This document shows, one piece after another, positions 34,358-35,344 of a stretch of 35,344 bases of DNA (within the stretch, counting starts at the first letter, position 1; each line of letters starts with the position of its first letter). A program made the position numbers and the translations under genes. Origin of the DNA: a virus (taxonomy: Duplodnaviria > Caudoviricetes); IMG/VR virus record IMGVR_UViG_3300020044_006715, positions 1-35,344 of that record; one strand, given 5' to 3'. The notes beneath the pieces were generated by a model. That model saw only the letters and a list, made by a program, of their open reading frames with translations, did not search any database and had not been told where the DNA came from.

Positions 34358-34380
34358 GGCGGTTTCTCCGGTTTAAGGGG

Positions 34381-34698
34381 TTAAGTGGCTAAGCTGTCGA
34401 TATAGGCTTGGATGGCGATTTCCTCGCTTTCCACAAGGTCCGGCTCTACCGCCCAAACTTCGTGCTTCGCGTGAAATGTCTCGATAATGACAACGCACTG
34501 GCTAAAGCGCATGTCCGCCGGCGCGGTGCGATAAACCCGATATGCCGGCGAATGGGAATAAGGGGAGCGTGCCGGCATGAGATGGTTAGCCAGATGGCCG
34601 GCAATATTCAGATTGCCGCTATCCTTGTGCTGCAAGGTAGCAAGGTAGCGGGCCTTGGCGGTATGGCCGCGAAGTGTCTTGATGCGTTTGGGGAGCAT
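34381..34698 (-). CDS. First early hypothetical protein
   Basis: AAAGGA RBS before ATG 34698 (MLPKRIKTLRGH...). Confidence 0.7.
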   Translation of the reverse strand: MLPKRIKTLRGHTAKARYLATLQHKDSGNLNIAGHLANHLMPARSPYSHSPAYRVYRTAPADMRFSQCVVIIETFHAKHEVWAVEPDLVESEEIAIQAYIDSLAT

Positions 34699-34699
34699 G

Positions 34700-34920
34700 G
34701 CGTGTCCTTTAGCTTGGCCCGTCTTATATGCCCTAGCTTTGCGCGTGGCGCAATACCTAATAGACCCCCATCTATCGGGAAATGGCGGAATATCATGCGG
34801 CGGGATGACGCATGCGGTAGCGGAATACCGCATAAAGCGGGGCAATGCGGTAGCCGGTTACCGCTTTTACTATCGCCAAGGCGGGCCTTTGCGCGCGTCC
34901 CCGCACGCAAAAACAGTAGA
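34700..34920 (-). ncRNA. Candidate structured RNA / long 5' leader
   Basis: 9-bp stem with GGGA tetraloop, long-range closing helix and several internal hairpins; no family recognised. Confidence 0.45.
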
Positions 34921-34975
34921 TCATAACAATAGTATACTATAAGCCACGTTACTATTTTATTTCGCATTAAAAACA
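34921..34975 (-). promoter_or_regulatory. Probable early promoter with 12-bp palindrome
   Basis: AT-rich; TATACT and TATGAT -10-like hexamers on - strand; ATAGTATACTAT at 34929-34940. Confidence 0.45.
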
Positions 34976-35006
34976 ATGGCTTGCGCGGAGTGTTGCAAAA
35001 ACACAA

Positions 35007-35176
35007 CCGACAAATGGGTCATGTCGGAACATTTTGCGCTCAATTTTGCGTTTTCGTCTTTTTTGTCGGGCCTTGTCGGGCCAAATCGGGCTAAATCGGC
35101 CTGAGGAATCCCGACAGACAACATCCCCCCCCTAGAGGGGGGATGTTTGTCGGTTTAATGTCGGTTTCAATGTCGG
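35007..35176. repeat. TGTCGG/CCGACA iteron-like repeats around a long palindrome (candidate origin)
   Basis: Eight hexamer copies, 4 x 10-bp tandem at 35061-35100, palindrome 35111-35153. Confidence 0.65.
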
Positions 35177-35344
35177 CGCAAGGCAAACAGGGGGCCAGGG
35201 CAGGTGCCCGGCTTGCCCCTCCCGCATGGCCCTGCAGGCTGGCCCTCCCGCCTGGCCCGACAGGCTCTGGCAAGGCCGCAAGCCTGCCTCCGCGCCTCGC
35301 CCGCGCTCATCCCATGCCCCCGCGCCCAAGCCTGCCAGCGCCTC

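Larger units (their letters stand above)
33672..34370. repeat. Dispersed intergenic 16-bp repeats
   Basis: TTGGGTTAGGGCGGGG at 33688 and 33954; CATGGCGGTTTCTCCG at 33672 and 34355. Confidence 0.85.

Noticed and set aside
34408-35329. Track ORFs over the right-end non-coding region
   Set aside because: No RBS or protein-like features; sequence is better explained by hairpins and repeats

Overview
Near-complete ~35 kb genome of a P22-like (short-tailed) dsDNA phage, probably infecting an alphaproteobacterium (it carries a GcrA homologue). The window starts inside the terminase small subunit and is not closed. + strand 1-22774: packaging, head, tail and ejection proteins, tail fibre and lysis genes. 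- strand 22737-27748: GcrA, RuvC-like resolvase, DNA methyltransferase, Cas4-like nuclease, SSB, Sak4-like ATPase. + strand 27884-30040: Cro-like HTH and RepB-type primase-helicase. - strand 30112-34698: a chain of small early genes, preceded by a structured ~220-nt leader and an origin-like repeat region. No integrase, tRNA or CRISPR array seen. Best leads: (1) an Sm/Hfq-fold gene coupled to an Arg/Ser-dipeptide peptide, in the same early unit as a highly structured RNA; (2) an in-frame TAG at a conserved Tyr position of an ejection-protein repeat; (3) a Maf/DUF115-methyltransferase fusion inside the capsid operon; (4) repeated intergenic cassettes between early genes. All family calls are from motif recognition by eye; no searches were run.
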